Shown: piece by piece, positions 34,701-46,121 of the stretch
Position numbering within the stretch: position 1 is the stretch's first letter
Layout: every line of letters starts with the position of its first letter
Source of the DNA: Macrostomum lignano
Lineage: Eukaryota
Assembly: GCA_002269645.1 (NCBI GenBank)
Contig: NIVC01001264.1
Location: 248,001-312,000, forward strand
Direction: 5' to 3'
DNA: 64,000 nucleotides
Program-made: the position numbers and the translations under genes
Notes under the pieces: generated by a model
Databases searched by the model: none
What the model saw: the letters and a program-made list of their open reading frames with translations, nothing else
What the model was told of the DNA's origin: nothing

Positions 34701-36403
34701 TTTACCTACTTACCTGTCTGCTTAATAACGTACGTACTTATCTACCTCCACCCACCCGCCCGCCCACTGCAGCCGCTGGCCCGGCCTACTGTGCGTGGCA
34801 TTCGGCTGGGATCGGGGCTCTCGCCGGCTCAGCAAAAGTCGCCAATTAGCCACAGACTTCTGGCCGGGGGGCCGCGAGCATTTCCTTCGCCTGCTGGAAG
34901 CCCTGGTTGATGCTTCCGGCGTCTCAGTTGGTCCGGACTCGCCTCTCGGCCATCTGCACGTGTCTGTTGGCAAATTCCGCAGCCTGGACTGCAGCCTGGG
35001 CGAGAATAGAGATATTAAAAGTCTGCTAATGCGACAGGGTGCTGCTAATGCAGCTCGGTCCACTGCCACCGCCGCCTCTGCCGATGCAACGGAAAGCTGT
35101 AATCTTGACTATGACGATTGTGCAGTAGATGATAATAATGAAGACAGTTCTAATGGTTCTGCAGCTGCTGCTGGCGTATCTGCCGATAAGCCTGTCAACA
35201 AAACTGCCGGTATTATAAGCTTTTTTACTGCCAGCACGTCTACTGCTAATAATAATGTTAACTGTGATATCAGACGAGGTGAGTTTGCTATGCTGTTGCA
35301 TATATTTCAGATATTTGTGTTGCTAATTTTACCCTGTCACCATTCTTGTCACCCTCTCCCTGTCACCCCTTTCCCTGTCACCCCTTTCCCTGTCACCCTC
35401 TCTCCCTGTCACCCTCTCTTCCTGTCACCCTCTCTCCCTGTCACCCTCTCTCCCTGTCACCCTCTCCCTGTCACTCTCTCCCTGTCACCCTCTCTCCCTG
35501 TCACCCTCTCTCCCTGTCACCCTCTCCCTGTCACCCTCTCCCTGTCACCCTCTCTCCCTGTCACCCTCTCTCCCTGTCACCCTCTCCCTGTCACCCCTTT
35601 CCCTGTCACCCCTTCCCTGTCACCCTCTCTCCCTGTCACCCTCCCTCTCTGTCACCCTCTCCCTGTCACCCTCTCTCCCTGTCACCCTCTCTCCCTGTCA
35701 CCCTCTTTCCTTGTCACCCTCTCTCCCTGTCACCCTCTCTCCCTGTCACCCTCTCTCCCTGTCACCCTCTCTCCCTGTCACCCTCTCTCCCTGTCACCCT
35801 CTCTCCCTGTCACCCTCTCTTCGTGTCACCCTCTCCCTGTCACCCTCTCTCCCTGTCACCCTCTCTCCCTGTCACCCTCTCTCCCTGTCACCCTCTCTCC
35901 CTGTCACCCTCTTCCTGTCACTCTCTCCCTGTCACTTTGTCCCTGTCTCCATCAGCTGTCTCTGCTTGAGTACTCATAATATGCATAAATAATCTTATAT
36001 AAAAATTGCAGAAGCCAGGGCGGCGCCAACACATTCCGTAGCCAGTGCCCTAGAAGTGCCAAACGATCGCCAACAGCAAACAGACCAGCCCAGCAGCAGC
36101 AGCAGTGATGAGCCTCTAACAGTGGAATGCAGCCAGTGCCGGCCACCCCGAGCGGTACTCATGACCGACTGGCTAGAGCATCAAGATTATCACGCCGCTG
36201 TTGACTTGCAACGAAGCATCCAATTGGAGTTCAAAGCTGAACGGGATCGAGATGTACAGCTGCTGCAGCAGTCGCGCAAACGACCCGCAACCAGCAGTTC
36301 AAGTAGCGCTGGCAAGAACAAGCGTCGAAGTACAACCAGTACTAATAATAACTCTTCGTCCGCTAATGGACCAACTCTTGACAGTTATTTTCGTAAAGCT
36401 TGA
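28750..36403 (+). CDS. POLH: DNA polymerase eta (Y-family); exons (start uncertain, <=29101)-29672, 32723-33202, 34773-35278, 36012-36403
   Basis: [53 protein letters not shown]...LAK.....NKP.RQT, UBZ finger C..C...DWLEHQDYH, basic NLS and C-terminal PIP-like TLDSYF. GT-AG introns with consistent phases. No in-frame ATG ahead of the catalytic motif, so the true start is unresolved. Confidence 0.92.
28835..29090 (+). repeat. 30-bp minisatellite, in frame with POLH, reading ([10 protein letters not shown])n
   Basis: Read directly; ORF track 28750-29676. Confidence 0.95.
29715..29830 (+). mobile_element. Possible hAT-type left end with short subterminal repeats
   Basis: CAGTGTTGGGCAC followed by (TCCGTTAATAAGCGTTAA) x3. 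Only a partial opposite end is visible (GTGCCCAA near 32456). Confidence 0.3.
30133..32241 (-). mobile_element. Non-autonomous Helitron-like copy (5'-truncated) in a POLH intron
   Basis: 3' CTAG at 30133-30136 with hairpin CCCCCC-GAT-GGGGG. Same order of 18-bp array, spacer, 22-bp array and conserved block as 7882-11672. Confidence 0.72.
33250..34745. repeat. Compound tetranucleotide repeat (CTAC/TTAT/CTGC) filling a POLH intron
   Basis: Read directly. Confidence 0.95.
35330..35945. repeat. 14-16 bp repeat (CTCTCTCCCTGTCACC) in the last POLH intron
   Basis: Read directly. Confidence 0.95.
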
Positions 36404-36758
36404 TCTTAGGTATAGTTTGAAAACGGTGGTCGCGAGTTCGAATCTGATTCGATTAATAGTTCAAGCATTTTACTCATAGCAATGCAATTTTTTTCTCTCG
36501 AAATATTTTCCTACTTTTTTTACTCGTTAGCACGGTATATTTGGCTTATAACTTTATTCATGCTTGAGAAGAAAATTATAACGACGATATGTATCGATAT
36601 ACACATTTCTAGCTGACTTTCCGCGTTACGCTGCATGCCTCTATAAGAGAAAGCATTTTTCTCTTTTATAGCTCAAGTTAATGTAGTCGTCATTAAGCAT
36701 TTGCGCCTATTTTTAGTGTTTAGTTAGTTTCTCCTATGCCCATTGAATTGGGCCAGAT

Positions 36759-37025
36759 GTGCAACCGACAGCTCAGCCGCAGCTATTGCGCGGCGCATCT
36801 GAAGGCCTCGTACGGCTGTTCAGTCCAAGGACTGGGGGGGGGGTCGCCACACAGCCTCAATTACCCCAGCTAATGCTGGCACGCATTTTACAGCTGGGCG
36901 AACTGTAGCAATGTAGAGTTAAGTGTCTTGCTCAAGAACACAAATTGTTCCAAGTGGGATCGGGAATCGAACCCCCGACGTTCAAGTCGTGAGTCCGACG
37001 CTCTAGCCACTAGGCTAAAAACCCC
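36759..37025 (-). mobile_element. tRNA-derived SINE with CORE/V-like central domain
   Basis: Minus strand has A box TAGCCTAGTGG, B box GGTTCGATTCC, then GTGTTCTTGAGCAAGACACTTAACTC...CCCAGCTGTAAA. A second copy lies at 58568-58810. Confidence 0.8.
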
Positions 37026-37290
37026 TAAGAGTCTCGAAAAAGTAGTCAAAGAGTTGTTGTGTTAGTGCGCTTAACTTTCTACTCACTCAAGTAGTCTGAA
37101 TAGATTATGTCGTTAAAAAATTCCTCACTTGGGATTTGTCCCTGGAAGTAGTGATGTCTGGCAAAACAGCCATGACCCCATAGGGCCATGGTCACCGCCC
37201 TGATGTGATTGCGGTTATTTTTAATTATTCCAAATGCCATTATGTTTGTTGCTAGGGTCATAAATCTGCTAAACTAAATACAGTATTCTT

Positions 37291-37429
37291 GTTGCCATAG
37301 CAACCTATTAAATTTTGTCACCTTAGCAACCACCTTTAAATTATGTTTTCTTAGCCCTTGAATTTGATAGATAATATGCAATTGTTGCCAGGATCATCAA
37401 TAGTACAGTTTTATTGTTGCCATAGCAAC
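37291..37429. promoter_or_regulatory. Cluster of RFX X-box motifs upstream of the RILP-like gene
   Basis: GTTGCCATAGCAAC at 37291-37304 and 37416-37429; GTCACCTTAGCAAC at 37317-37330. Confidence 0.65.
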
Positions 37430-37513
37430 CACCTTTTACTACTGTTTTCTCAGTGATTAAAAGGAAGGCCATGTGGTTGTTGCCTGTTTCAGCAGAGCAG
37501 CGGCCAGCTCACG

Positions 37514-40500
37514 ATGGCAGTTGTCTCAACAGTAGCGGATGTCTACGACGCCGCATCGGCCATTGGCAAAGATTTCGAACTATTAATCGATCGCTACGGA
37601 CCCGACTGCGTATCCGGCCTCATGCCCAAGGTCATCGGCGTCCTTGAAGAGCTGGAGTCCGTCACCAGCCAGCGCGAGGACGATGCCAGACGCCTGGCGG
37701 AGTTGGAGCGCTGCCAGGAGCGTCTTGACCAGGAGCGACGAGCCAGGCAGTCGGACCGAGCGAGGCACGAACGCGAGCTTGAACAGTCCGAGGATCTTTG
37801 GCGAGGCGAGGCCAAGGACCTCAGCGACGCTCTGGCCAGATGCCAGGAGGAGAACAAGCGGCTGCTGGCTGCCGCGGCCAGCTCGGCGTCTCAGAAAGCG
37901 GAGCTGAACGATGGTACCATAGCGGCTGATCGAGATGGCGCGGCCAGGCTGCAGCAGATGCCGGATCTGCAGGTACATCTGTAGTGCCCTTTTCTGAGTT
38001 GTTGAGACTGGTTGGCCAAATTGGCTCTCCTAAAAAACCGCCTTCATTAAAGTGCTTTGAAAAAATCCCCTTAGCAAGAGAAAAACATCTCCATAGCTAG
38101 TGGGAATAATCGCCCCCCCCTAAAAAGGCTAGAAGGAAAAATCGCCCCGAAAAGAAGCTAGAAGAAAAAATCGCCCCCTTCCAAAAAGCTGGAAGAAAAA
38201 ATCGCCCCCTTCCAAAAAAGCGGAAGAAAAAATCGCCCCCTTCCAAAAAGCTGGAAGAAAAAATCGCCCCCTTCCAAAAAGCTGGAAGAAAAAATCGCCC
38301 CCTTCCAAAAAAGCTGGAAGGAAAAATCGCCCCCCTTCCAAAAAATCTAGAAGGAAAAATTGCTCCCCCCTTTCAAAGAAGCTAGAAGAAAAAATCGCCC
38401 CCCAGAAGAAGCTAAAAGAAAAAATCGCCTGCAAAAAGAAGCCAGAAGAAAAAATCGCCCCAAAAAAGAAGCTAAAAGGAAAAATCGCCTTCCTCCCAAA
38501 TAGAAGGAAAAATCGGCCCCCAAAAGAAGCTGGAAGGAAAAATCGCCCCCCTTCCAAAAAAGCTAGAACGAAGGAACCCCTCCCCTCCTCAGAACAAGCT
38601 AGAAGGAAAAATCGCCTTCCAAAAGAATCTAGAAGGAAAAATTGGCCCCCAAAAAAGCTGGAAGGAAAAATCCCCCCTCCCCAGAAGAAGCTAGAAGGAA
38701 AAATCCCCCCTCCCCAGAAGAAGCTAGAAGGAAAAATCCCCCCTCTCCAGAAGAAGCTAGAAGGAAAAATCCCCCCTCCCCAGAAGAAGCTAGAAGGAAA
38801 AATCCCCCCTCCCCAGAAGAAGCTAGAAGGAAAAATCCCCCTCCCCAGAAGAAGCTAGAAGGAAAAATCCCCCCTCCCCAGAAGAAGCTAGAAGGAAAAA
38901 TCCCCCTCCCCAGAAGAAGCTAGAAGGAAAAATCCCCCCTCCCCAGAAGAAGGTAGAAGGAAAAATCCCCCCTCCCCAGAAGAAGCTAGAAGGAAAAATC
39001 CCCCCTCCCCAGAAGAAGCTAGAAGGAAAAATCGCTCATTAGAGAAATCGCCGTGAGGAAAAAAGCGAGACAAACCCCGCACTGCGCAGGGCATGGCTAA
39101 ACTGAAAGCCACCATAGAAGCGCAGCGAGACGAAATCCGTCGCTTGCAACGCGATCTGGCTCAGTGCCAGACAGATTCTGAGGCTCTCCAGTCGCAGTCG
39201 GACCGATTGGCCCGGGCAAACGCCGAGTACAGGCGACGGCACAGCGTCAGCAGCAGGCAGGCCCAGCGACTGTTGGAGAGCCAAGCAGATCTCGAAGCTC
39301 GCCTGGCGGCCAGCGACCAGGCACTGCGGCTGGCCGCGGAGGCCGGCACCACTGCGGAGGGGTGCGCCGATGCGGTGAGGCTCTTTCTGGAATGTTTATG
39401 GGACTGTTTATGGATGGGACTGTTTAGTGACTGTTGATGGAGCTGTTTATGGGGTTGCTTATAGGGCTGTTTATGTGACTGTTTATGGGTCTGTTTATGG
39501 GGTTGCTTTTAGGGCTGTTTATGGAGCTGTTTATGTGACTGTTTATGTGGCTGTTTATGTGACTGTTTATGGAGCTGTTTATGGGGCTGTTTGTGACTGT
39601 TTATGGGGTTGCTTATAGGGCTGTTTATGGGGCTGTTTATGGGGTTGCTTTTAGGGCTGTTTATGGAGCTGTTTATGTGACTGTTTATGTGACTGTTTAT
39701 GAAGCTGTTTATGGGGCTGTTTGTGACTGTTTATGGGGTTGCTTATAGGGCTGCTTATGGAGCTGTTTATGGGGTTGCTTGTAGGGCTGTTTATGGAGCT
39801 GTTTATGGGACTGTTTATTTGACTGTTTATGTGACTGTTTGTGGCTGTTTATGGGACTGTTTATGGAATGCTTACGTTTCTGTTTCTGGGACTTTTATGA
39901 GGCTGTTTAAGGAACTGTTTATGAGGCTGTTTAAGGAACTGTTTATGAGGCTGTTTAAGGAACTGTTTATGAGGCTGTTTAAGGAACTGTTTATGAGGCT
40001 GTTTACCGGTATGGGACTGTTTATAAGAATGTTTATAAAACATGGCTTCCCTCTGAGGCAGTTATGAGCAAGTTAATTTGATCTTGATGATGCTGCTTGT
40101 TGGCCAAACTCCAAGGCTCAGGAGTGCCGCTGTACACCCTGAATGAGCGAGTGAGCGTGTTTGGATGTCAATGGAGTTGGGCGTGGCTGTTTGGATTATC
40201 TAGTCATCTAAAATTAAATAAGTTATAAACTTACGATTTTACATACTTTTTTCACTTTTTTAAGGCCACTCAAACAGCTGATCAGGATGCATCAGGTGTT
40301 GCTGGCGTCTCAGATTCTCAAACAGAATTGAAGCCTTCTTCTCCTAAAACTGCTGCTGCCAGCAAGGACTCTGGGCAGACTCACCAGGTTTGGTCTTTGA
40401 CTGCTGTAGGGGATGAGGAAGGGTGAGATGTAGGGAGAAGAGGAGTGAGATGGAGGAAGAAGAGGCTGAAATAGAGGGAGAAGGGTAAGATGGAGGGAGA

Positions 40501-43241
40501 AGAGGGGTGGGATGGAGGGAGAAGAGGGGTGAGATGTAGAGAGAAGAGGGTGAGATGTAGGGAGAAGAGGCTGAGATGGAGGGAGAAGAGGCTGAGATGG
40601 AGGGAAAAGAGGGGTGAGATGGAGGGAGAAGAGGCTGAGATGTAGAGAGAAGAGGGTGAGATGTAGGGAGAAGAGGCTGAGATGGAGGCAGAAGAGGCTG
40701 AAATAGAGGAAGAAGAAGGGTAAGATGGAGGGAGAAGAGGGGTGAGATGGAGGGAGAAGAGGGGTGAGATGGAGGGAGAAGAGGGGTGAGATGGAAGGAG
40801 AAGAGGGGTGAGATGGAGGGAGAAGAGGGGTGAGATGGAGGGAGAAGAGGGGTGAGACGGAGGGAGAAGAGGCTGAGATGGAGGGAGAAGAGGCTGAGAT
40901 GGAGGGAGAAGAGGGGATGGGTAGGGAAAGAGCAAATAAAGATAGAAAAGGGAAGAGAGATACAACAGTGCAGCAGGGAGGACATACATTACAAGTAAAA
41001 GCATAGAATACGGAAGTAATGTGTAATAATGTTCCTTTCACTCGCAGTCGCCAGAGCCGGCCCTGATGACCCAAGAGCAGCTGATGGAGCGGCTGCGCCA
41101 GGACGGCAAGCTGGTGATTGACAAGTCAGATCCCAACAGGCCCCGGTTCACCCTGTGCGAACTGCGCGACGTTCTAACTGAGCGAAATGAATTGAAAGTT
41201 CGCCTGATTGAAGTTGAGGAGGAACTGGTTGCGTACAAGCAGGCTAGGTGAGTCTTGTGTTGCAGGGACTAGCGTGAACTGAGACTGATCGATTTCATAG
41301 GATATCTAAGCTGAGATTCTAAGAGATTTCCCGGGGATCTAAGCTAAGATTCTAAGAGATTTCCTCGAGAATCTAAGGTGAGATTCTAAAAGATTTCCTC
41401 GAGGATCTAAGGTGAGATTCTAAGAGATTTCCTCGAGGATCTAAGGTGAGATTCTAAGAGATTTCCCCGAGGATCTAAGGAGAGATTCTAAGAGATTTAC
41501 CCGAGGATCTAAGGTGAGATTCTAAGTGATTTCCTCGAGGATCTAAGGAGAGATTCTAAGAGATTTCCTCGAGGATCTAAGGTGAGATTCTAAGAGATTT
41601 CCCCGAGGATCTAAGGAGAGATTCTAAGAGATTTACCCGAGGATCTAAGGAGAGATTCTAAGAGATTTCCTCGAGGATCTAAGGTGAGATTCTAAGAGAT
41701 TTCCTCGAGGATCTAAGGTGAGATTCTAAGAGATTTCCCCGAGGATCTAAGGTGAGATTCTAAGAGATTTCCTCGGGGATCTAAGGTGAGATTCTAAGAG
41801 ATTTCCTCAAGGATCTAAGGTGAGATTCTAAGAGATTTCCCCGAGGATCTAAGGTGAGATTCTAAGAGATTTCCCCGAAGATCTAAGGTGAGATTCTAAG
41901 AGATTACCTCCGGGATCTAAGGAGAGATTCTAGGAGATTTCCCCGGGGATCTAAGGGAGAGATTCTAAGAGATTTCCCCGAGGATCTAAGGACAGATTCT
42001 TTACAAATGATTTAAACTCCTAAACGATATCAAAGAGTTCATAAATATCGAAGATGAGGTTTTACACATATTTACAGCTTTTGACAGATTCTGTCTAGAA
42101 AGCTGAGGGATTTCTTTACTTAGTTATATTTTGACAAGACTGAGATTCAACGTTTCTTCTTCTTTGACTAACAGCGAAAAAGCGGCTGCGGCGGCTGCTG
42201 CAGCTTCGGCAGCGACTGTCGCTCCCGAGGACGCTCCAGTTCAGGGGCCCATCAACCGGGAACCGGACGAGAAACTGTTTCCGCAGGATGTCGGCTCCAG
42301 GATAGGAATTAAGCACTTGTGAGTTTTGGGGGCCACATTCAACCCTGCATGGATGTTATTTCTATTGCAGTTTGTTTCTTTTTGACCTCTCTGAAGAGTT
42401 TTGTTCAGGTCAGTCAGTATCTATCCCTTAGCAACCCTCCCTGAGGATTTTTTGTTCAGGTCAGTCAGTATCTATCCTTAGCAACCCTCCCTGAAATTTT
42501 TTGTTCAGATCAGCCAGTATTTTTATTCCTTAGCAACCCTCCCTGAGGATTTTTTTGTTCAGATCAGCCAGTATTTTTATTCCTTAGCAACCCTCCCTGA
42601 GGATTTTTTTGTTCAGATCAGCCAGTATTTTTATTCCTTAGCAACCCTCCCTGAGGATTTTTTTGTTCAGATCAGCCAGTATTTTTATTCCTTAGCAACC
42701 CTCCCTGAGGATTTTTTTGTTCAGATCAGCCAGTATTTTTATTCCTTAGCAACCCTCCCTGAGGATTTTTTTGTTCAGATCAGTCAGTATCTGTTCTTAG
42801 CAACCCTCCCTGAGGATTTTTTTGTTCAGATCAGCCAGTATTTTTATTCCTTAGCAACCCTCCCTGAGGATTTTTTTGTTAAGATCAGTCAGTATCTGTT
42901 CTTAGCAACCCTCCCTGAGGATTTTTTGTTCAGATCAGCTAGTATCTATCCTTAGCAACCCTCCCTGAGGATTTTTTGTTCAGATCAGTCAGTATCTATC
43001 CTTAGCAACCCTCCCTGAGGATTTTTTGTTCAGATCAGTCAGTATCTATCCTTAGCAACCCTCCCTGAGGATTTTTTGTTCAGATCAGTCAGTATCTATT
43101 CTTAGCAACCCTCCCTGAGGATTTTTTGTTCAGATCAGCAGGTATCTATCCGTAGCAACCCTCCCTGAAATTTAATTGAATATAAAATTTTGTTATTCCT
43201 CTTTCAGTTTTCAAGGCCTGTTGGATCGCGTGCAGAACTAA
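37514..43241 (+). CDS. RILPL1: RILP-like protein (RH1 + RH2 domains); exons 37514-37972, 39090-39374, 41048-41247, 42175-42318, 43208-43241
   Basis: RH1 TVADVYD.AS.IG.DFE.LID.YG...V.GLMPKVI.VLE.LE; RH2 DPNRPRFTL.ELRDVL.ERNELK..L...EEEL..YK; PVQGPINREPDEKL; GIKHFF. GT-AG introns in phase. The symbol marks the family (RILP/RILPL1/RILPL2), not a proven orthologue. Confidence 0.88.
38120..39030. repeat. ~33-bp minisatellite (CCAGAAGAAGCTAGAAGGAAAAATCCCCCCTCC) in RILP-like intron 1
   Basis: Read directly. Confidence 0.95.
39390..40030. repeat. ~12-bp repeat (GGGGCTGTTTAT family) in RILP-like intron 2
   Basis: Read directly. Confidence 0.9.
40420..40915. repeat. GA-rich repeat (GAGATGGAGGGAGAAGAGGG) in RILP-like intron 2
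   Basis: Read directly. Confidence 0.9.
41300..41995. repeat. 34-bp minisatellite (GAGGATCTAAGGTGAGATTCTAAGAGATTTCCTC) in RILP-like intron 3
   Basis: Read directly. Confidence 0.95.
42400..43170. repeat. 50-53 bp minisatellite (TTGTTCAGATCAGTCAGTATCTATCCTTAGCAACCCTCCCTGAGGATTTT) in RILP-like intron 4
   Basis: Read directly. Confidence 0.95.
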
Positions 43242-44214
43242 CAGGTTCGCCCAAGTTCATTATGTACTTTTAGTAACACTTCTTGATAGTTGTTGTATTG
43301 TTGCAGAAAATTGACGGATATTGATTTTCAGTATCTATAATACTGTTGGACTGTCTTTATTTCAAGCTGCTGCATAGCACGATGATGTATTATATATAAT
43401 AGATTATGAACTATTTATGTAGATCCTCTAGTTTTGTTGTGGCTTCAGGAGCATTTGTTGTTGTTATTATTATTTTTAAAACAATTTCAGTTTTATCATT
43501 CGAAATACCTCTCTTTGCTCTCCTTTTTGTTTTCATTGCTTTGTTATTTAATTGTTGGACGCATAATTAACGAATATTTGTTATACCATTCTAGTCTGAG
43601 TACCTCTGAGCAGATTCTCTGTCTCATTTGTTTAACCCGAGAATCTCTACGAGTTTTTTCTCTTTTTGTGATGTCTATAGACACATATTCCAATAAAATA
43701 CATATGATTATGAATCATGTTACGTTCGAAGAATCATTTTAACAAAATGCGAGTGGCCTCGGAATCAAGCATACTCATTTCCTTCTGACGCAGTGGCCCG
43801 AGAGAGAGAGAGAGAGGCTGCACATCATTGCATACCGGACTTCCCGCAAAGGGTCCCAGCTCAATTAAAAAAATTCGAGTCCCCATCCCCCTGCTTCTTT
43901 GATTAGAAATTTTTCTCTGCTCACAATTAGGCATCTCCCAGGATCGCTGGACTCTGTGTTCCCCTTTTCCTGGTTAGCCTGCATCTCCTATCTGCATTTT
44001 TTACAAAGCGTGCATAGGGCATATTTTTCTATGCCCTATGCACTATGAACTATGCCCTATGAACGCGCTATGCGCGTTCGTATGCTGATGCTTGAACCCT
44101 GAAACTTAGTCAAGTACATTCTTTTCTGCTGTCTAATTTGTTTGTTCAAAATGCAGCTTATGATATTAACTATTGCACTCAGTTCTGTAGCTGGCAATTT
44201 TAACTTTTTGGTTT

Positions 44215-45975
44215 ATCTACTGGCGGGAAATATCAGTGACCTATAATGTCTGGGGTTGGGTAGTTTATCTAATGGCGGGGAATGTCAGTGACCTACTATA
44301 ATGTCTGGGGTTGGGTAGTTTATCTAATGGCGGGGAATGTCAGTGACCTATAATGTCTGGGGTTGGGTAGTTTATCTAATGGCGGGGAATGTCAGTGACC
44401 TACTATAATGTCTGGGGTTGGGTAGTTTATCTAATGGCGGGGAATGTCAGTGACCTACTATAATGTCTGGGGTTGGGTAGTTTATCTAATGGCGGGGAAT
44501 GTCAGTGACCTACTAAATGTCTGGGGTTGGGTAGTTTATCTAATGGCGGGGAATGTCAGTGACCTACTATAATGTCTGGGGTTGGGTAGTTTATCTAATG
44601 GCGGGGAATGTCAGTGACCTACTATAATGTCTGGGGTTGGGTAGTTTATCTAATGGCGGGGAATGTCAGTGACCTACTATAATGTCTGGGGTTGGGTAGT
44701 TTATCTAATGGCGGGGAATGTCAGTGACCTACTATAATGTCTGGGGTTGGGTAGTTTATCTAATGGCGGGGAATGTCAGTGACCTACTATAATGTCTGGG
44801 GTTGGGTAGTTTATCTAATGGCGGGGAATGTCAGTGACCTATATAATGTCTGGGGTTGGGTAGTTTATCTAATGGCGGGGAATGTCAGTGACCTACTATA
44901 ATGTCTGGGGTTGGGTAGTTTATCTAATGGCGGGGAATGTCAGTGACCTACTATAATGTCTGGGGTTGGGTAGTTTATCTAATGGCGGGGAATGTCAGTG
45001 ACCTATAATGTCTGGGGTTGGGTAGTTTATCTAATGGCGGGGAATGTCAGTGACCTATAATGTCTGGGGTTGGGTAGTTTATCTAATGGCGGGGAATGTC
45101 AGTGACCTATAATGTCTGGGGTTGGGTAGTTTATCTACTGGCGGGGAATGTCAGTGACCTATAATGTCTGGGGTTGGGTAGTTTATCTAATGGCGGGGAA
45201 TGTCAGTGACCTATAATGTCTGGGGTTGGGTAGTTTATCTAATGGCGGGGAATGTCAGTGACCTATAATGTCTGGGGTTGGGTAGTTTATCTAATGGCGG
45301 GGAATGTCAGTGACCTATAATGTCTGGGGTTGGGTAGTTTATCTAATGGCGGGGAATGTCAGTGACCTATAATGTCTGGGGTTGGGTAGTTTATCTAATG
45401 GCGGGGAATGTCAGTGACCTATAATGTCTGGGGTTGGGTAGTTTATCTAATGGCGGGGAATGTCAGTGACCTATAATGTCTGGGGTTGGGTAGTTTATCT
45501 AATGGCGGGGAATGTCAGTGACCTACTATAATGTCTGGGGTTGGGTAGTTTATCTACTGGCGGGGAATGTCAGTGACCTATAATGTCTGGGGTTGGGTAG
45601 TTTATCTAATGGCGGGGAATGTCAGTGACCTACTATAATGTCTGGGGTTGGGTAGTTTATCTACTGGCGGGGAATGTCAGTGACCTATAATGTCTGGGGT
45701 TGGGTAGTTTATCTAATGGCGGGGAATGTCAGTGACCTACTATAATGTCTGGGGTTGGGTAGTTTATCTACTGGCGGGGAATGTCAGTGACCTACTATAA
45801 TGTCTGGGGTTGGGTAGTTTATCTAATGGCGGGGAATGTCAGTGACCTACTATAATGTCTGGGGTTGGGTAGTTTATCTACTGGCGGGGAATGTCAGTGA
45901 CCTACTATAATGTCTGGGGTTGGGTAGTTTATCTAATGGCGGGGAATGTCAGTGACCTACTATAATGTCTGGGGT
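44215..45975. repeat. 52/55-bp G-rich minisatellite (AATGTCAGTGACCT[ACT]ATAATGTCTGGGGTTGGGTAGTTTATCTAATGGCGGGG)
   Basis: Near-identical units; the two length variants differ by 3 bp. Confidence 0.97.
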
Positions 45976-46121
45976 GGAGTAGGATCAACTCAAAAGCAGC
46001 TTTGTTTCAGGGTGGTGATTGGTCCAGTGGAAGCGGCAGCTCTATGGAACAAAGTTCTCTTTAACACAGCAGTTGCATGTAGAGCTACACGCATCCTGTG
46101 AAAGTTGTCCGAGAACACAAC

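Noticed and set aside
33224-34849. 541-aa ORF (YLPTYLPAYLS...)
   Set aside because: Tetranucleotide repeat within a POLH intron that has clear GT-AG boundaries.
44215-45975. CRISPR-like regular repeat spacing (also other 21-55 bp arrays)
   Set aside because: Units are head-to-tail without unique spacers, there are no cas genes, and the context is eukaryotic and intron-containing.
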